Source: Mobula hypostoma
Taxonomy: Eukaryota
Length of the DNA stretch: 64,000 nucleotides
NCBI RefSeq assembly: GCF_963921235.1
Contig: NC_086097.1
Span: forward strand, 188,668,001 to 188,732,000
Direction: 5' to 3'
Shown here: positions 25,818 to 39,169 of the stretch, piece by piece
How positions within the stretch are numbered: the stretch's first letter is position 1
How the letters are laid out: every line of letters starts with the position of its first letter
Notes under the pieces: model-generated
Databases searched by the model: none
Told to the model about the DNA's origin: nothing
What the model saw: only the letters and a program-made list of their open reading frames with translations
Translations under genes and position numbers: made by a program

Positions 25818-27603
25818 TTAGAAACGCAGTAAACTACAACATAATACAGGCCCTTCGGCCCACAATGCTGTGCCGAACATGTACTTACTTTAGAAATTAC
25901 CCAGGGTTACCCATAGCCCTGTATTTTTCTAAGCTCCATGTACCTATCCAGGAGTCTCTTAAAAGACCCTATCGTATCTGTGTCCACCACCGTCGCTGGC
26001 AGCCCATTCCATGCACTCACCACTCTCTGCGTAAAAAACTTACCCCAACATCTCCTCTGTACCTACTTCCAAGCACCTTAAAACTATGCCCTCTCGTGAG
26101 AGTCATTTCAGCCCTGGGTAAAAGCCTCTGACTATCCACATGATCAATGCCTCTCATCATCTTATACACCTCTGTCAGGTCACCTCTCATCCTCCGTCGC
26201 TCCAAGGAGAAAAGGCCGAGTTCATTCAACCTATTCTCGTAAGGCATACTCCCCAATCCAGGCACATCCTTGTAAATCTCCTCTGCACCATTTCTATAGT
26301 TTCCACATCCTTCTCATAGTGAGGTGACCAGAACTGAGCACAGAACTCCAAGTGGGGTCTGACCAGGATACTATATAGCTGTAACATTACCTCTCGGCTC
26401 TTAAACTCAATCCCACGGTTGATGAAGGCCAATGCACTGTATGCCTTCTTAACCACAAAGTCTACCTGTGCAGCAGCTTTGAGTGTCAGACCCCAAGATC
26501 CCTCTGATCCTCCATATTGGTAAGTCTTACCATTAATACTATATTCTGCCATCATATTTGACCTACCAAAATGAACCACTTCACACTTATCTGGGTTGAA
26601 CTCCATCTGTCATTTCTCAGCCCAGTTTTGCATCCTATTGATGTTCCGCTGTAACCTCTGACAGCCCTCCACACTATCTCCAACACCCCCAACCCTTGCG
26701 TCATCAGCAAATTTACTAACCCATCCCTCCACTTCCTCATCCAGGTCATTTATAAAAATCATGAAGAGACGGGGTCCCAGAACAGATCCCTGAGGCACAC
26801 CACTGGTCACCGACCTCCACGCAGAATATGACCAGTCTACAACCACTCTTTGCCTTCTGTGGGCAAGCCAATTCTGGATTCACAAAGCAAGGTCCCTTTG
26901 GATCCCATGCCTCCTTACTTTTTCAATAAGCCTTGCATGGGGTACCTTATCGGATGCCTTGCTGAAATCCATATACACTACATCTACTGGTCTACCTTCA
27001 TCAATATGTTTAGCCACATCCTCAAAAAATTCAATCAGGCTCGTAAGACACAACCTGCCTTTGACAAAGCCATGCTGACTATTCCTAATCATATGATACC
27101 TCTTGAAATGTTCATAAATCCTGCCCCTTGGTCTTTTCCATTAATTTACCGACCACTGAAGTAAGACTCACTGGTCTTAATTTCCTGTGCTATCTCTACA
27201 ACCTTTCCTGAATAAGGGAACAACATCTGCAACCCTCCAATCCTCCAGAACCTCCTCCGTCCCCATTGATGATGCAAACATCATTGCCAGAGGCTCAGCA
27301 ATCTCCTCCCTTGCCTCCCACAGTAGCCTGGGGTACATCTCGTCCAGTAGCGGAGACTTATCCAACTTGATGCTTTCCAAAAGTTCCAGCACATTCTCTT
27401 TCTTAATTCCTATATGCTCAAGCTTTTCAATCTGCTGTAAGTCATCCCTACAATCGCCAAGATTCTTTATCATAGTGAATACTGAAGCAAAGTATTCATT
27501 AAGTACCTCAGCTATCTCCTCCAGTCCATACACACTTTTCCACTGTCACACTTGATTGGTCCTATTCTCTCGTATCTTATCCTTTTGCTCTTCACATACT
27601 TGT
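25818..27603 (-). mobile_element. CR1 LINE, 5'-truncated
   Basis: ORF2 fragments LNEYFASVFT, SQHGFVKGR, GVPQGSVLGP, FADD, RPHLEFC; 3' UTR. Confidence 0.92.
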
Positions 27604-27606
27604 ATC

Positions 27607-28830
27607 TGCAGTATGCTGCCACCAACACTGGAACCCCTGCAATTCATCTACCAACACAACAGTCACAGCTCAACACACCGTCCTTACACATCTGGAGAAG
27701 AGCGATGCTTATGTGAGAATGCTGTTCTTAGACTACAGTTCAGCATTCAACACCATAATTACCCCCAGGCTCGACAAGAATCTCAGAGACCTCGACCTTC
27801 ACCCTGCCTTGTGTAGTTGGATCCTGCACTTCCTGCCACATCGCCAGCAGGTGGTAAGAGTGGGTATCCTCACCTCTGCCCCTCTGACTCTCAACACAGA
27901 TACCCCTCAGAGCTGTGTACTAAGGCCCCTCCTCTACTCTCTGTATATCCATGACTGTGTTGCTACCCACAGCTCCAATCAGCTAATTACATTTGCTGAT
28001 GACACTATACTAATTTGCCTAATCTCAAATAATAATGAGGCGGCCTACAGAGAGGAAGTCTTCATCCTGACACAATGGTGTCAAGGAAACAACCTCTCCC
28101 TCAACATTGCAAAAACAAAGGAGCTGGTTGTGGACTACAGGAAGAATGGAGACAGGCTCACACCTATTGATATCAATGGATCTGGGGTTGAGAGAGTGAA
28201 CAGCTTTAAATTCCTCGGCATAAACATCACTGAGGATCTCACGTGGTCTGTACATACCGGCTGTGTGGTGAAAAAGGCACAACAGTACCTCTTTCACTTC
28301 AGACAGTTGAAGAAGTTTGGTATGGCCCCCCAAATTCTAAGAACTTTCTAAAGGGGCACAATTGGGAGCATCCTGACTGGCAGCATCACTGCCTGGTATG
28401 GGAACTGTACTTCCCTCAATCACAGATCTCTGCAGAGAGTTGTGCAGACAGCCCAGCGCATCTGTAGATGTGAACTTCCCACTATTCAGGACATTTACAA
28501 AGACAGGTGTATAAAAAGGGCCCAAAGGATCATTGGAGACCCGAATCACCATAACTACAAACTGTTCCAGCTACTACCATCTAGGAAATGTTACCACAGC
28601 ATAATAGCCAGAACCACAGGCTCCGGGACAGCTTCTTCCACCAGGCCATCAGCCTGCTTAATTCATGCTGACGCAACTGTATTTCTTTGTTATACAGACT
28701 ATCCTGTTGTACATAATTATTATAAATTACTATAATTGCACATTGCACATTTAGACAGAGATGTAACGTAAAGATTTTTATTCCTCATGTGCACGAAGGA
28801 TGTAAGTAATAAAGTTAATTCAAACCAATT
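27607..28830 (+). mobile_element. Rex/Babar-type LINE (RT to 3' end)
   Basis: ORF 27713-28351: LFLDYSSAFNTI, PQSCVLRPLLYSLY, FADD, SFKFLGINITEDLTW. Confidence 0.85.
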
Positions 28831-28849
28831 TAATAGAATTTTCATGTTG

Positions 28850-30330
28850 GGGGAGATAGCTGTGAGAGGAAGAGAAGAGGTACTGCTGTTAGTCAAAAGT
28901 TACATTACTCCAATTTTAAGCAAGGGTATCAGAGAAGACTCCTTAAGAGTGGCCAAATGGATTGAGATCAGACATCAGTACATTATTGGGGATCTAAGTG
29001 TCAAGTGGAGGAGGTGACAACAGGGGAACAATCTGGAGACAACTCTCAGATATTTTAAAGTAGTTATGGAAAATGATAGGGATGGAACTATATCAAGATC
29101 TTAAATCAGCATAATTTCATTAACATATGGGAGAACCTGGCAAAGGTAGAATGGGAGCATCCACTTGCATGTCTACAACTGCACTGAATGGAGAAATAGT
29201 AAGAATTTAAGGCCAACATCTTCCTGTAAGGATAAAAGACAGGGATAACAACTAGATGGAACCATGAATGCCAAGGATATTGAGAGTTGAATAAAGAGTA
29301 CAAATGAAACATATGATAGGCATTGGAAATTCTTGCTGGGGAAGCCTTTGAGAATATAAAAACTGTAGGGATGCACACAAAAAGGATATTAGAGAGGCAA
29401 GGGGTGACAAGAAAAAACACTGGTCGGTATGATTAAGGAAAACCCCAGTGTTCTACACATATATTAAAGGCATTAGACTAATAAAGAGTAAAACTATGGC
29501 CCATTACAGACAAGTGAAGCAATCTGTGTGTGGAGTCTGAAGATACAGGTATATTCAGAATGACTAATTTTCAACAGTTTTCATAAAGGAAACAGACTTC
29601 ATCGTTGGAAAATTCTGTGAAGGGCAGGATAAAAGTCTAGTGCATGTCTAGAGCATAAGAGAAAGTACATGATGACTTGGCAGGTTTAAAGTAGGTAAAT
29701 CTCCAAGGCTGAGCAAGATTTATGCTAATCTCCTGCAGAAAGCAAGGGAAGAGATTGCTGGAGCTCTGAATGAGATTTTTATCATTTGCTGTCCTCCAGT
29801 CACCTTATTTGAAACATAACCCCCCTTTTCAAGAGAGTCAACATGGGGTAAAGCTTGGTAACTATAAGATTGTAAGTGGAGGAAAGGTGAAAGAGAAAAA
29901 AAAACTTTAATGGACAGGATTAATAATCACTTGGAAAGGCAGAGAATAATCAGACACTCCCAACATAGCTTGTCAAGGACAGATCCTGCCTGATCAGTTT
30001 GACTGCATTATTTGAAAGGCAACAAAATGGATTAATAAACACAGGAAGTAGGTGTGATGTATATACAAGTTAGTAAAGCCCTTCACAAGGTGACTAATTC
30101 AAAAGGGTAGGGACCCATGGGATCCAGGGCAAGTTGGCAAAATGGATCTAAAACTGGCTTTGCAAAATAGAAGGCAATATTATAGAATTGTTTTTGCAAT
30201 TGAATGCCTATGACCAACAGTGCCCCACAAGGACCAGTTAATCCTCATTATTTTTAATATACATAAATGAACTTGGTAGAATCTAGGGAGAGTTAATGGA
30301 AATGTGGGGTCAATAAGTAACAGGAAAATT
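28850..30330 (+). mobile_element. Old, highly decayed CR1
   Basis: Degenerate KSP..D.IY..LL.EAREEIAGAL, SQH.F, KAFDKV and VPQG traces. Confidence 0.6.
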
Positions 30331-30827
30331 TGTCTGGAGATGGGATTGCTCTGCAAATGGGCATAGACTCTCCCATAAAGTAATTTAGAAACCCATCGAT
30401 TTATTGTGGCTACAGTGAACGTCATCTCCAAAATGCATTCTGTTACTTGAACATAGAAATAGAAAACCTACAGCACAATACGGACCCTTCGGCCCAAAAT
30501 GCTGTGCCAAACACGTGCTTACTTTAGAAACTACCTAAGGTTACCCAAAGCCCTCTATTTTTCTAAGCTCCGTGTACCACGTACTTGCTTAAACCACTTT
30601 GATGATACCTTCCAAACACACAAACTCCACTGCTGAGAAGGTTAAGAATAACAGGAACACCTTCAAGTGCCAGTTCCTTTTCCAAGTCACATAAAACATT
30701 AAGTTGGGAATAAATTATCACTCAATCATTACTGTAAATAAAAGGCCACATCTCATAACTAAATTCTTAAAAAGTCCTGATTTGCTATTCAGTAGAATAT
30801 GTTTACGTATGCTAGAGATTAAGGGTA

Positions 30828-32343
30828 TGTGCAGAAATTGCTGGGGCCCCAGCAGACATACTTAAAACATCCTGAGCAACAGGAGAGGTACCAGAGGACT
30901 GGGAGAGAGCCAATGTTGTTCTGCGGTTTAAAAAAGCCTCCAAAGAGAAACCACGAAATTATGGGCCACTTAGTCTGACATCAGTTGTGGGAAAGTTATT
31001 GGAAGGTATTCTAAGGGACCAGATATATACATATTGGGATAAACACAGACTGATTAAAGATAGTCAGCCTGGCTTTGTGCATGCTAGGTCATGCCTAACT
31101 AATCTTATGGAGGAAGTTACCAGGAAAGTGGATGAAGGCAAGACAGCGGATGTTGTCTACATGGACTTTAGTAAGTCATTTGACAAGGTCCCACATGGGA
31201 GACTGCTCAAGCAGGTTCAGTCACTTGGCATTCAGGATAAGATAATAAATTGGATTGGACATTAGCTTAGTGGGAGAAGTCAGAGCGTGGTAATAGAGAA
31301 TGGTAGTAGAGGGTTGCCTCTATAACTGGATGCCTGTGACTAGTGGTGTGCCGCAGGGATCGATGCTAGGTTGTTTGTTGTTTGTCAACTATATGAATGA
31401 TCTGGATGATAATGTGGTAAACTGGATCAGCAAATATGCGAATGACACTAAGATTGGGAGTGTAGTGGACAATTAGGATGTTTATCATGGATTGCAAAGA
31501 GATCTGTATCAGCAGAAAAAATGGGTTGAAAAATGGCAGATGGAATTTAATGCAGACAAGTGCAAGCTTTGCACTTTAGTAGGACTAACCAGGATGGATT
31601 TACACAGGGAACAGTAGGGCACTGAGGAGTATGGTAGAACAAAGGAATCTGGGAATATAGCCACATAATTCGTTCATAGCGGCATCAAAGGTAGATAGGT
31701 CATAAAGAAAACTTCAGGCACATTGGTCCTCATAAATCAATGTATTGAGTACAGAAGATAAGATGTTATGTTGAAGTAGTATATGAAGTTGGCGAGGCCT
31801 AATTTGGATATTGTGTGCAGTTTTGGCCACCCAACTAAAGGAAAGATGTAAGCAAGGTTGAAAGAGTGCCGAGAAAATTTACAAGGATGTTGCTGGGTCT
31901 GGAAGACCAGAGTTTTAAGGAAAGATTGAATAGGTTAGCACTGTATTCTTTAGACCATAGATGATTGAGAGGAGCTTTGATAGAAGTATACAAAATTATG
32001 AGAGGTATAAATAGGGTAAATACAAGCAGGCCTTTCCACTGATGTTGGGTGGGACTACAACCAGGGGTTAAGAGTGAAACGTAAAAAAGTTTAAGGGGAA
32101 TATGGGGGAAACTTCTTTACTTAGAAGGTTGTGAGATTGTGGAATGAGCTACCAGCATAAGTGGTACATGTAAGCTTGATTTCAACATTTCAGAGAAGTC
32201 TAGATACGTACAGTACATGGATAGTAGGGATATGGAGGGCTCTATGGTCCTGATGCAGGTCGATGGGAGAAGGCAGTTTAAATGGTTTTGTCATGGACTT
32301 AGATGGACAGAGGGCCTGTTCTGTCTGTGACACTGTGACTCTA
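30828..32343 (+). mobile_element. Decayed CR1
   Basis: GKLLEGILRD, YMDFSKSFDKVPHGRL, GVPQGS; 3' UTR. Confidence 0.88.
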
Positions 32344-33276
32344 AAATGTGATTCCATTGAAATTTTCAATGTCTTGATGAGGTGCATTCTACAAGACTGC
32401 TTCATCCAGTTGAAATGTGTAGCAAAACAAATTCTAGACTTGGGATAAAAAGCCAGCTTTTTAAGCATAAAATGAAGAAATTTTCTTTACTCAGAAGGTA
32501 AAATCTGGAGGGGGAGGGGAATCAATGGAAGGAAGTGAACCTTTGGAATTCTTGACAGAAGGAGGTGGATGCTAAGTTAGAATTTAATTAAAACTGAGAC
32601 AGACTGATTGTGGCCATTAAAGGTATTAAAGGAGTTGAACCAAGTTCAACCATGAACTGAATGGCTGAGCATTTCTTTAGGCGCTTACCTCAACATTAGC
32701 TGAGCCCCAATTTCCACCAATTAAACCTTAAGAAAGCTAGAACATTATTTTCAAAGGCTCCAACAGTAAGCTCTGTAAGTAAATCTAACATCTTACTAAG
32801 CAAATACTGAATTTCTGGCCCTTGTGCTCTGTGAATAAAGACATTCTAATTGTAATTCCATAACAAATACCAGCCACTGATCCTAGCAAGAGCCACTGCA
32901 GGTGAAACCTTTTATCCTGAAACTGCGATGTAGGGAAAGCAACCTCCCAGCATCTACCTTGGGAAACTCATGAAGAACAGTGCACTTCAGTGAAATCATA
33001 TTTCCTTCTTTTAAGCTCCAGAGAATTTAAATTCATTCGAATAAAGTCATTAGCATCCTTGTATAATGTACAATACAATATGCAGATGTTGTTCCCTTAT
33101 TTAAGAAAGGGAGTAGAGATAGCCCAGGAAATTATAGAACAATGAGTCTTACTTCAGTGGTTGGTTAGTTGATGGAAAAGGTATTGAGAGACAGGATTTA
33201 TGAACATTTGGAGAGGCATAATATGTTTAGGAATAGTCATCATGGCTTTGTCACAGGCAGGTCATGCCTTACGAGC

Positions 33277-33502
33277 AACACACATCAAAGTTGCTGGTGA
33301 GCGCAACAGGCCAGGCAGCATCTCTAGGAAGAGGTACAGTTGACGTTTCAGGCCGAGAACCTTCGTCAGGACTCCTGACGAAGGTTCTCGGCCTGAAACG
33401 TCGACTGTACCTCTTCCTAGAGATGCTGCCTGGCCTGCTGCACTCACCAGCAACTTTGATGTGTGTTGCTTGAATTTCCAGCATCTGCAGAATTCCTGTT
33501 GT
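33277..33502 (+). mobile_element. Penelope-like fold-back remnant with two minimal hammerhead motifs, inserted in a CR1
   Basis: 98-nt inverted arms (33274-33371 / 33373-33470, 3 mismatches); 32-nt tail; direct repeat tcatgccttacgagc at 33262-33276 and 33503-33517. Confidence 0.85.
33342..33402. ncRNA. Back-to-back minimal type I hammerhead ribozyme cores (minus 33342-33369; plus 33375-33402)
   Basis: Both strands read CTGACGA-AGGTTCTCGGCCT-GAAA-CG-TC; core intact, stem I weak in both. Confidence 0.7.
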
Positions 33503-34980
33503 TCATGCCTTACGAGCCTGATTGAATTTTCTGAGGATGTGACTAAACATATTGATGAAGGTAGAGCAGTAGATGTAGTGTATATGGATTTCAGCAAAGT
33601 GTCTGATAAGGTACCTCATGCAAGGCTTATTAAGAAAGTAAGGAGGCATGGGATCCAAGGGGACATTGCTTTGTGGATTCAGAATTGGCTTGCACACAGA
33701 AGACAAAGAGTGGCTGTAGATGGGTCATATTCTGCATGGAGGTCAGTGACCAATGGTGTGCCTCAGGGATTTGTTCTGGGACCCCTTCTCTTTGTGATTT
33801 TTACAAATGACCTGGATGAGGAAGTGAAGGGATGGGTTAGTAAATTTGCTGATGACACAAGGGTTGGGGGTGTTGTGGATAGTGTGGAGGGCTGTCAGAG
33901 ATTACAGCAAGACATCAACAACATCAATAGGATGCAAAACTGGGCTGAGAAGTGGCAGATGGAGTTCAACCCAGATAAGTGTGAGGTGGTTCCTTTTGGT
34001 AGGTTAAATAAGATGGCAGAATATAGTAATAATGGTAAGACTCTTGGCAGTGTGTGAAGATCATAGGACACTCAAAGCTGCTGCGCAAGTTGACTCTGTG
34101 GTTAAGAAGACATACGGTGCATTGGCCTTCAGCAACCGTGGGACTGAGTTTAAGAGGCGAGAGGTAATGTTACAGCTATATAGGACCCTGGTCAGACCCC
34201 ACTTGGAGTACTGTGCTCAGTTCTGGTCATCTCACTACAGGAAGGATGTGGCAACTATAGAAAGGGTACAGAGAAGACTTACAAGGATGTTGCCTGGATT
34301 GGGCAGCATGCCTTATGAGAATAGGTTGAGTGAATTCGGCCTTTTCTCCTTGGAGCGGCAGAGGATGACAGGTGACTTGATAGAGGTGTATAAGATGATG
34401 CAAGGCATTGATTGTGTGGATAGTCAGAGGCTTTTTCCCAGGGCTGAAATGGCTAACATGAGAGGGCACAGTTTTAAGGTGTCTGGAAGTAGGTACAGAG
34501 GAGATATAAGGGGCAAGTTTTTTTGTTACGTGGAGAGTGGTGAGTGCATGGAATAGGCTGCCAGCGACGGCAGTGGAGGCGGATACGATAGGGTCTTTTA
34601 AGAGACTCCTGGATAGGTACATGGAGCTTAGAAAAATAGAGGGCTATGGCTAACCCTAGGAAATTTCTAAAGTAAGTACATGTTCAGCACAGCATTGTGG
34701 GCCAAAGGGCTTGTATTATACTGTAGGTTTTCTATGTTTCTATGCATACACAGATTTATGAAGCCTTATTTTTAAATCTAGTTCACAAATAAAAAATATA
34801 ATTCCATTGGTGCAGAACTATCATTCATATCGGTGCATACAGGAAGTTGAAAGAAAGATTCCAGGTATGTATAGAATTCACAATGGAGTAATAAATATAG
34901 GCTCATAAATTAAACACAGATGCCTTTCTAAATTACAAACATCATTAAATAATAATCTTTCAGAGCTTCTGTTCAGAACG

Positions 34981-35162
34981 TAGAAACATAGAAAATAGGT
35001 GTAGGAGTAGGTCATTTGGCCCTTCGAGCCTGCACCACCATTTATTATGATCATGGCTGATCATCCAACTCAGAACCCTGCACCAGCCTTCCCTCCATAC
35101 CCCCTGATCCCCGTAGCCACAAGGGCCATATCTAACTCCCCCTTAAATATAGCCAATGAACA
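34981..35162 (-). mobile_element. Short CR1 3' end, same subfamily as 1267-1497
   Basis: Near reverse complement of 1315-1497. Confidence 0.85.
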
Positions 35163-35781
35163 GGTGTCAGACTCAGCACTTGTATCTCAGAATCAAAATA
35201 TTAAGGATTTGCATCTAAAATTCATACAAAATACAAACTCATTGCTAAAGGAAAACTTATATATTAAATCAAAGGCCATCTGGCATTTCAGGTGGATTTA
35301 AAATGTCTAATAGCATACTCTGAAGCACAGTAGAAATGTTTTGTTGTATGGACAATATTTATTCCTTAGTAGTGGAAGAACAGTAAAAATGCAACAGGAA
35401 TTTTGTAGAATCAGTTTTAGTAACTAAAATAGTTTGTCTTATTCACAGTTGTTTGTCATAGTTTATATTCAGCCATTTGCGTAAGCAATTGTATAAATAA
35501 GGCAATCTATTTTACAGATTTTTTTTGTAAAATGTTTGCCTTTCTTTCTTATATTAGGGAATAAATAATCAAAACAACTGGAAAACTTCCTGTGCTGTAT
35601 CAAAATAGTGCAAAAGGAACTTTTAAATCTACCTGAAACAGCAACTTGCCTATGCTGAATATAAGCTGTCAGCTTCCTACATTACAACAATAACAATACT
35701 TCTAATGCTTCAAGTGGCAAAAAGCATTCTGTAAGGTTCAGAGGTCAAGGAAAGAGCCATGGAAAATTAAACCTCTCTTAC

Positions 35782-35960
35782 CAGTAGCACTTGTAGATGG
35801 AGAAGCTGAGTCTTTTGGTGATGTTGTATTTTTCGGCCTGGCTGCTGCAAGACAAGGAGAACGATTGCTTTCTCCATTCATTACTGGAGAACTGGCTGCA
35901 GATTGCCGAGAAGAACTTGTTGATGGACTATCTGCACAGTTGAAGGTTTCGGTGTTCGAT
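35782..35960 (-). CDS. WWP1: WWP1 coding exon 6 (linker)
   Basis: (R)SNTETFNCADSPSTSSSRQSAASSPVMNGESNRSPCLAAARPKNTTSPKDSASPSTSAT; AARPKNT motif; 179 nt; aataag / gtaaga. Confidence 0.88.
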
Positions 35961-36149
35961 CTTATTGAAAAAAATAAATGAAATTAACATACTGGAAACA
36001 AATCCAATCCTATTCTTGTTCAATTAAATTTTTATCTGTATTAATTCAGATATTATTTTATGATTATTAAAAGTGTTTCCATTGAATTAATTCAATCTAT
36101 TCTTTCTATCAATTTTTTTTTCTTTCAGGACTAGATTTCCACTATAGGC

Positions 36150-37650
36150 ACAAACCATCCATGGGAAATGTCTGATGACACACATCCACCACACAGTGTG
36201 TGAAGAATTTATCCCAGACATCCCTCGATACTTTCCTCCAAATACCTTAAAATTATGCCCCCTTGTATTAGCCATTTCCAGCCTGAGAAAATGTCTCTGG
36301 CTATCCACTTTAGTTATGCTTCTTATCATCTTGTACTCCTCTATGAAATCACCTCCATCCTCCATCTCTCCAAAGGGAAAAGTCCTAGCTCATTCAACCT
36401 ATCTTCATAAAACATGCCCCATAGTCTAGGCAGCATCCTGGTAAATCTTCTCGGTATTCTCTCTAAAGCTTCCACATCCTTGTGACCAAAACTGGAACCA
36501 ATAGTCCAAGTGTGGTCGAACCAGGATTTTACACAGCTGCATCATTATGATGCAGCTCTGAAACTGAATTCCCCTAACTAATGAAGGCCAACACACCAAG
36601 TGCTTTCTTAACAGCTCTAATCAAATTGCATGGCAACCTTGAGGGATCTAGGAATATGGACACCAAGATCCATCTGTTCCTCCACATTGCCAAGAATCCT
36701 ACTAAGAACCCTGCATTCTGCCTTTAAATTCAACCTTATAAAATGAATCACTTCACACTTTTCCAGTTGAACTTCATCTGCCTCTTCTCAGCCCAGCTGT
36801 GCATCCTGTTGCAACCTACAACCCTCCACACTATCCACAACTCCATCAACTTTTGTGTCACCTGCAAACTTACTAACCCACCCTTCCACTTCCTTAACCA
36901 AATCATCTATAAAAATCACAAAGAGCAGGGATCCCACAACAGATCCCTGGGGAGCACTACTGGTCAGCCACCATCAGGTAGAATACTCTCCATCTACTAC
37001 CACCCTCTGCCTTCTATGGGCAAGCCAATTCTGTATCCACACTGCCAAGCTTCCCTTGATCCCATGCTTCCTGACTTTCTGAATGAGTCTACCACACGGA
37101 ACGTTATCAAATGCCTTATTAAAATCCACTATTTTATCTTAATCAATGTGCTTTGTCACATCTTCAAAGAATTCAGGCTCGTGAGTCTTGAATTGCCCCT
37201 CGCAAAGCCATGCTAACTCTCCCTAACCAGACTATGCTATTCTCGTAAATCCTGTCCCTAAGAATCTTCTCCAATAATTTGCCCATCATTGAAGTAAGAC
37301 TGACCTGTCTATAATTCGCAGAATTATCACTAATCCTTTTCTTGAGCAAAGGAGTAACACTTGCCACACTCATCTGGTACTATTCCTGTGGGCAGCGATC
37401 ATTGCAAAAGATGCAATAAAAGCTTCCTTCACTTTCCATAGTAACCTGTAGAATATCCCATCCAGCCCTGGGGATTTATCTATCCTATGATTTTTCAAAA
37501 GTTCTAAAACACCCGCATTCTTAACATCAACATGTTCAAGCATATCAACCTGTTTTACGCAGTCCTCACAAGCATCAAGTTCCCTATCACTGGTGAATAC
37601 TGAAGCCAACTATTCATTAAGGACATCTTACATCTCCTCCCTCCAGGCAC
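36150..37650 (-). mobile_element. Decayed CR1
   Basis: ASVFT, DKSPGLDG, ANYRQVSLTS, ORF2 C-terminus. Confidence 0.85.
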
Positions 37651-37654
37651 ATTG

Positions 37655-38510
37655 AGGGAAAGTCTTGCTTGGTGAACCTGTTGGAATTCTTTGAGGAGAT
37701 TAAAAGTAGAATAAGGGGATGCAGTGGATGTTGTGTATTTGGACTTTCAGAAGGCCTTTGACAAGGTGCCACACATGAGGCTGCTTACCAAGTTAAGAGC
37801 CCATAGTATTACAGGCTAGACCATTGGCTGATTGGCAGGAGGCAGTGTAGGAACAAAGGAAGTGGTGTTCCATAGGGGTCTGCATTGGTATCGCTTCTTT
37901 TTATGTTATATGTCAAACATTTGGATCATGAAACTGATAGCTCTGTGGCCATTTGTGGAAGATATGAAGATAGGCACAGGAGCAGGGAGGCTACAGAAGG
38001 ACTTAGACAGTTTAGGAGAATGGATGAAGAAATGGCAGATGGAATACAATCTTGGGAAGTGTATAGCCATGCACTTTCGTAAGAGAAATAAAAGTGTAGA
38101 CTATCTTCTAAATTAAAAGAAAATTCAAAAATCCGAGCTGCAAAGGGATTTGGGAGTCCTTGTGAAGGATTCCCTAAAGGTTAACTTGCAGTTTGAGGCG
38201 GTGGTAAGGAAGCATTCATTTCAAGAGAACTAGAATATAAAAGCAAGAATTTAATGTTTTATAAGGCACTTTTAAAGTCACACCCACCGAGTATTGTGAG
38301 CAGTTTGGAGCCCCTATCTAAGAAATGATGTGCTAACGTTGGAGATGATTCTGAGGAGATTCATGAGAATGATTTGTCAGGGCATGAAGGGTTACAGGAA
38401 GAAGGCAGGAAATTGGGGTTGAGAAGGAAATAGATCAGCCATGATGAAATGGCAGAGCAAACTCGATGGGTCAAATGGTTCAATTCTGCTCCTATATCTT
38501 ATGGTCTTAT
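37655..38510 (+). mobile_element. Decayed CR1 with deletions
   Basis: YLDFQKAFDKVPHMRLL, WQMEYN; tail cttatggtctt. Confidence 0.85.
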
Positions 38511-39169
38511 CACCTTACAGAATTCTGTCAGGTCACCGCTCATCCTCCTTCGCTTCAAGACACAAAGCTAATAACCTGTCAAACAACAGTTCAGCAAATA
38601 CAACAGTTCAACTCTGTGCAACAGGAAAACACACATCATAGTGCGATAGTCACTGTCTTATTATTTTGTACAATATTATTGCACATTATTGATCATTATT
38701 GCATGCTGGTAAATTATTATTGTGTATATTATTATTCTATACTTTACAGTTAAGTCTGCATGCTGCTCAGTATATTTTTAAATGTTGCTGCTGTAATGAA
38801 AGAATTTCCCACTCGGGATCAATAAAGTATTTTTTATTATTATTGAACCACACACAACCTATTTATTCATATTTCCTGCATACTGTGATTTGACCAATAC
38901 TCATTAGCTTTATTGTGCTATGTTAGGGTATATGAAGTAGTAATCAGCCCCTTTGTAGACCAAAGGGGTAATTTTTAAAATAGAGCCAGGATATATGATC
39001 AAGATCATAAATGAACATATTTCATCAGTGTTCACAACAGAGAAGTTTGCACAGTGAATAAATTCCCACAACCCAGGGTGCTAAAGGATAAATTGCTGGG
39101 AATCTGATAGAGGTTTTTATATTTTCCTTAGCCACAGGTAAGGTATAAGACTTTATGATAGCAAATGCT

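Larger units (their letters stand above)
33083..34744 (+). mobile_element. CR1 LINE (same subfamily as 25818-27603), interrupted by the Penelope-like insert
   Basis: YMDFSKVSDKVPHARL, GVPQGFVLGP, FADD, RPHLEYC; (tttctatg)n tail. Confidence 0.92.

Noticed and set aside
33274..33470. Hairpin as a miRNA precursor, a DNA-transposon MITE or an assembly artefact
   Set aside because: The long TSD, asymmetric tail, mismatches between arms and two related copies elsewhere (one with a Penelope-like ORF end) indicate retroelement origin.
36150..38510. Back-to-back CR1 halves as one twin-primed inverted insertion
   Set aside because: The two parts cover overlapping ORF2 regions and look like different subfamilies, so they are two insertions.
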